From NCBI GenBank assembly GCA_030295235.1, contig AP026132.1, forward strand, positions 744,001-808,000: DNA of 64,000 bases. The letters are read 5' to 3'. The notes beneath the pieces are model-generated. The model saw only the letters and a list, made by a program, of their open reading frames with translations. It searched no databases and was not told the origin of the DNA. Positions 60,005 through 64,000 of this stretch are shown here, piece by piece. Numbering within the stretch: position 1 is the first letter of the stretch; the number at the start of each line of letters is the position of its first letter. The DNA is from Fistulifera solaris (taxonomy: Eukaryota). The position numbers were made by a program, and so were the translations under genes.

Positions 60005-61540
60005 ATGGAATACAATTGTAAAACAGCTTTAACGCTCTGCGTCATCACATCGCTCTTCTTCACCGATACGGCGTTTGTGGTGCACCAGCCTCTGGCGTCT
60101 TGGGCTTCGCGTGGTCTCATTCGAAGGTTTCGGCAATTGTCTCCTCGCAAGAAAACTGCAAAATGCAATGTACCGAGCTGGGTTGCCCTTCACTTTCAAA
60201 ATGGAGGCGAAGATGCGTTTGGTGATCGAAGTAACTCGCCTCCGCCGGTAATGCTCTATGGAGAGTCTCGTGAGACGTGGTCGTTTCATGATCAGACCGT
60301 CGAGGGTGTTCAGATAGTGCTAAAGAACGAAGGCTATCCTGTTCACGCCGAGCTGGATGTCTGGGAAGGACCCTATTACACCCCACAGCGGATGCAAATG
60401 TACAGCGAAAATGGACAACTATACCCATTTTGTGCCATTATTGAGACACCGAATGGGCAACACGCCATTGGGATAAGTAATAATGGTAAATTGATGGACA
60501 GAGGACAAATAGCGGATCCGATCATTGCGGGAGTGAAGGCTGATAACTCGGTAGGTCCAACATCGGACACCAAACCTGATTTGATTGAAGGCGGAAGCGT
60601 TCAGTCGTTTACCTTTCCGCCTTCGGTTTCTAGTGTGCGAATATTGTTACAAACGGAAGGGTTCCCCATGGATGCCAAAGTTGAGCTACTACAAGGTGAC
60701 AACGAAGAAGTGAAACAGGTTGTCGACGTCTTTTCGGAAGACGGAATGAAAAACCCGCTATTTACTATGATGAGCACTCCCGGAAAGAAAAGTACCATTC
60801 GTGTACAAAACAGAGGATCTCCGCATTTTCCAGGAATAATTGCCTGTGTTGAACCTTATCTGATTGACGTTGACGACAGTTCGAACAGCGAAGACGACAC
60901 AAAAACGAAAGAGCATACACAGGAATCGACAATAGAGCATGTAAAAACTGAATTGGTAGTGGAGGATGAAGCAGTACAGCGGACACCTTACATGCGTGAA
61001 CCAGAAGCTCCATCATTTTACTCTCAAATGTACGATCAACCAGGGCATCCTTCTTTTGCCGATATGTATGGCCATGCTCCACATCCATTGGATAATGGAA
61101 TGTTCGCACCCCCGGGATATTCCTCTGTTAATGGTGTATACGAATACCATCCACCCCAAGCTCCGATGTACGTGTCACACAGAAGTGCTTTGGAAACCGA
61201 AATGTACGACTCGGCAAGGGCCCGCTTCGAAGAAGATGTCGCTCGTCAATCAATTTATGACAACGCCCCGCCACCCATGTACGAAGATCTCATGTACGAT
61301 GACACGTATACACACATATACGATTCACCCGTGCGTGAACCGGAATACAATAAACAGCAGGAGGACGAAGATCGTCGCTTTAGCAAAAAGCCAGCTCAAG
61401 TGCAAGACGCGACTTATGAGCGAGTTCATCGCACTGACATCCAAGATGAGTCGCCCCCTGCCCCAACGAATCAGCCAGCGACTGAACCGGTGGGCGTCGA
61501 TGTGATCACTTCTCTTTTCGACAATTTTGGGAGTAAGTGA
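60005..61540 (+). CDS. Uncharacterised algal protein with two tandem beta-domain repeats and a Tyr/Pro/Met-rich tail
   Basis: Signal peptide then TAF; repeats VQIVLKNEGYPVHAELDVWEGP and VRILLQTEGFPMDAKVELLQGD. Confidence 0.75.
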   Translation: MEYNCKTALTLCVITSLFFTDTAFVVHQPLASWASRGLIRRFRQLSPRKKTAKCNVPSWVALHFQNGGEDAFGDRSNSPPPVMLYGESRETWSFHDQTVEGVQIVLKNEGYPVHAELDVWEGPYYTPQRMQMYSENGQLYPFCAIIETPNGQHAIGISNNGKLMDRGQIADPIIAGVKADNSVGPTSDTKPDLIEGGSVQSFTFPPSVSSVRILLQTEGFPMDAKVELLQGDNEEVKQVVDVFSEDGMKNPLFTMMSTPGKKSTIRVQNRGSPHFPGIIACVEPYLIDVDDSSNSEDDTKTKEHTQESTIEHVKTELVVEDEAVQRTPYMREPEAPSFYSQMYDQPGHPSFADMYGHAPHPLDNGMFAPPGYSSVNGVYEYHPPQAPMYVSHRSALETEMYDSARARFEEDVARQSIYDNAPPPMYEDLMYDDTYTHIYDSPVREPEYNKQQEDEDRRFSKKPAQVQDATYERVHRTDIQDESPPAPTNQPATEPVGVDVITSLFDNFGSK

Positions 61541-62141
61541 CTCAGTAGACCGCATGACCAGTTCCTCGTGTTGTCTTCTCTTTTATAAAGCTATTTGAGT
61601 CGCACGAGGAACTCGATACGATTACTAAAATGTCGTGTATCGTTGATGCGCAGGATTAGTTAATGTTCATTAGAGACTTCTATTATTGAAGGATCCAATC
61701 TAGCGTTTACTCCGTAAGGTTTTATAGAGGCAAAATGAGACGCTCCTCTTACCCATGAATGAGTTTCGGTCGTGATCGTGACGTCGCAACAGTTTTCGCA
61801 CGCGCCTAAGAGCAGTCGTGCAAAAAATTCGCAGTCAAAGTAGAGAAAGTAATACTATAAAGGACAAGTTTCAATATAAAAAAAAGTCAAGTCTACTTTT
61901 TGTGATAGAATTCGAAACGTAGTGCTCTTTCGTGAAATACTGGTACCGGTACCTGTAATGGAAATGATCGAAATGGTGCACCTCTTCTCCGTTTTCATCC
62001 TTTGCGGAGTCTAACAATGGCAAATTCGCATTGAATATTAAAGCTACTCTCGCTAGTCTTATTTACCTGCATCCAAACAAGTATAGAGGAGCATATCGGC
62101 CCGGCAAATCAGGACGCTTTGAAACTTTTCGTCCCTTTAGG

Positions 62142-63497
62142 ATGTTTTCCTACCGAAAAACTCTTTTTCTGGCTCCTCAGTTGCTCCTTTTATTGCTAAC
62201 TTTCGGAGCTTCCAGCCAAAACATTTCCGAGTTTCAAAAATATCCTCCAGTGGATCCAGAAAAGGAAGAGTTGCCGCATCCATGCCCGACTCTTTTGGAG
62301 CGTTTGTCGGATTTCATATCGGGCGAGTACGATGCCGCTACCAAGGAATGCTTCGAAGAGCTGGCGAACAGCACTGAGAGCCTCGAAAATGATCTGAAAA
62401 ACAATACTGTCGATGAAATACAATCAATAGGCAATTATACCTTGGACCCATACGGGGCTTACGTCAAGTTCGATCTTTACGTTGCCTTGTGGCCGGGCGC
62501 TCGTTCCATTGGGTGGATTGTCGGCCCGGCAATAACTCAATATCTTGATGCGAGTCTTCCGAATTGTACTGTTGCAATGGATATGGAAGACCTAGCTAGC
62601 ATACCAGGGCGGAATGAATCAAAAGTCGACATGATTCTTATGAGCAATCGTCTTAATCCGACCATCCATGTCAAAGAAAGTGCTCGTGACTGGTGGCATT
62701 ACACGTTCAAGTTCGAATGCTACATGGCAGGTACCCAAACACCACTTAACGAGACATCATTAGCACAACTGAATCACAATGTCGTTGCTTCTTTATTGAG
62801 AGTCGAAGCGATGAAAGAAGAAGTCTTGATGGACATTGAAACGCTCCTCAATACCTCTATTCCGAGTATCTTTGATGCGCATTTATATCCTCCCAATATA
62901 ACAAACGACGAAAGTGATGATAGCGAAGATAGCGATGATCCTGATATCGCGGATGCACCGATAGTACCGTCAAAATGCTATAACGGGTGCTGCCAAGAAG
63001 CTCCATGCAGTGGCAAGGGTTGTATACGCACGTCGTCTCAGCCGTGTGAAGACTCTCATCCCTGCAACTCACCTTGCAACGACACTAATTTATATCCCCC
63101 ATCTGAAAGTCCAACGGATCCTGCTTTTTCTCCAACGTACATTGAATCGCTTGAAACACCCTTGGATATTGAAGCGTGGAACGCACGACGGTATCTCGGA
63201 CTAAGTCTCCTCATTATGACGGTGATAGGGACCTTTCTCTTGATACAGCTATCCGAGATTCGGAAGAGACATCGAATTGAACAAACGAACTGGGGAAACT
63301 TAGCGACCGAGCAAGGAGTAGATCATTTGCTTCGGATGGGTTGGAAGGTAGACGGATGCAAGATGGAGGTTTACGACAAAAGGAAAATCGGCTACGAGGA
63401 CAATGATTCCATGTTAATAGGCGGGTTTCAGCAAACCATCCCTGTCGGAGCTGAGATCACAGTGAGTCAAACCGAGACGACCCGAGAAACTCCTTGA
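62142..63497 (+). CDS. Uncharacterised type I membrane protein with acidic and Cys-rich linker
   Basis: Signal peptide MFSYRKTLFLAPQLLLLLLTFGASS; Cys cluster; TM YLGLSLLIMTVIGTFLLI; cytosolic WGNLATEQGVDHLLRMGW. Confidence 0.8.
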   Translation: MFSYRKTLFLAPQLLLLLLTFGASSQNISEFQKYPPVDPEKEELPHPCPTLLERLSDFISGEYDAATKECFEELANSTESLENDLKNNTVDEIQSIGNYTLDPYGAYVKFDLYVALWPGARSIGWIVGPAITQYLDASLPNCTVAMDMEDLASIPGRNESKVDMILMSNRLNPTIHVKESARDWWHYTFKFECYMAGTQTPLNETSLAQLNHNVVASLLRVEAMKEEVLMDIETLLNTSIPSIFDAHLYPPNITNDESDDSEDSDDPDIADAPIVPSKCYNGCCQEAPCSGKGCIRTSSQPCEDSHPCNSPCNDTNLYPPSESPTDPAFSPTYIESLETPLDIEAWNARRYLGLSLLIMTVIGTFLLIQLSEIRKRHRIEQTNWGNLATEQGVDHLLRMGWKVDGCKMEVYDKRKIGYEDNDSMLIGGFQQTIPVGAEITVSQTETTRETP

Positions 63498-64000
63498 CTA
63501 TCGTTGGTTTGCGACACAACACAGACTTAGCAACCTGTACAATTTCCTGTTAGTAACTTTTGTGTAATTTACTGTTATGTCTTGTTTGAAAAGCATTGCT
63601 TGTTTTCTTTCCAAAAGCTACTGATCACGATCAGAATTGGGGTGGTGATAACGAGGAACAATCAAAGCAATCTCAGTGAGAATCATCGTCGTAGTGTATC
63701 ACTTGGTCTAGCTGTAGGCTATAGCGATAGAACGAATGCACTTTCATGACTGACTACTACTCGAGACTGGTCGGTTGAGATTTGAGATCGGATTTTATTC
63801 TCTGACTCTGACACTAACGACATAAAGTACTTTTGAGTACCGGTGTAAAAAATTCAAGCTCTGACGAAAACTTACGTGTGTGACCGCGTTTCATCACTGC
63901 GACCTGCTGCGACACGATCCAGCAAAATTTATTTGTTGAGCTGCACAGTTGCGACCGGCATTTCTCATCTTCTCTCTCCTAACTTGGAAACAAAAGAGAT

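Overview
Gene-dense eukaryotic nuclear DNA from a raphid pennate diatom. The evidence is the 18S V4 sequence, short GT-AG introns of about 60-105 nt, bipartite signal+'SAF' plastid presequences and diatom-type gene families. It holds about 25 protein genes and one complete, apparently solitary 18S-5.8S-28S rDNA unit (minus strand, ~35.8-41.6 kb). The ORF track hides two selenoprotein genes, a plastid-type MsrA (G-U-F-W-G) and selenophosphate synthetase (K-G-U-A-C-K); each has an in-frame UGA and a SECIS hairpin that can be paired by eye in the 3' UTR. Other points of interest: (1) a signal-peptide thioredoxin::NADPH thioredoxin reductase fusion ending in -GEL; (2) a RadA/Sms derivative without its ATPase core; (3) a hierarchical palindromic array (~34.5/69/138 bp) at 16.06-16.87 kb; (4) a 229-bp tandem array; (5) a dispersed 21-bp palindromic intergenic motif; (6) a solute-binding-domain/TM/EF-hand receptor-like protein. 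About a dozen single-base homopolymer indels split otherwise intact genes and are most likely long-read assembly errors. All family calls come from motif recognition by eye, without database searches.
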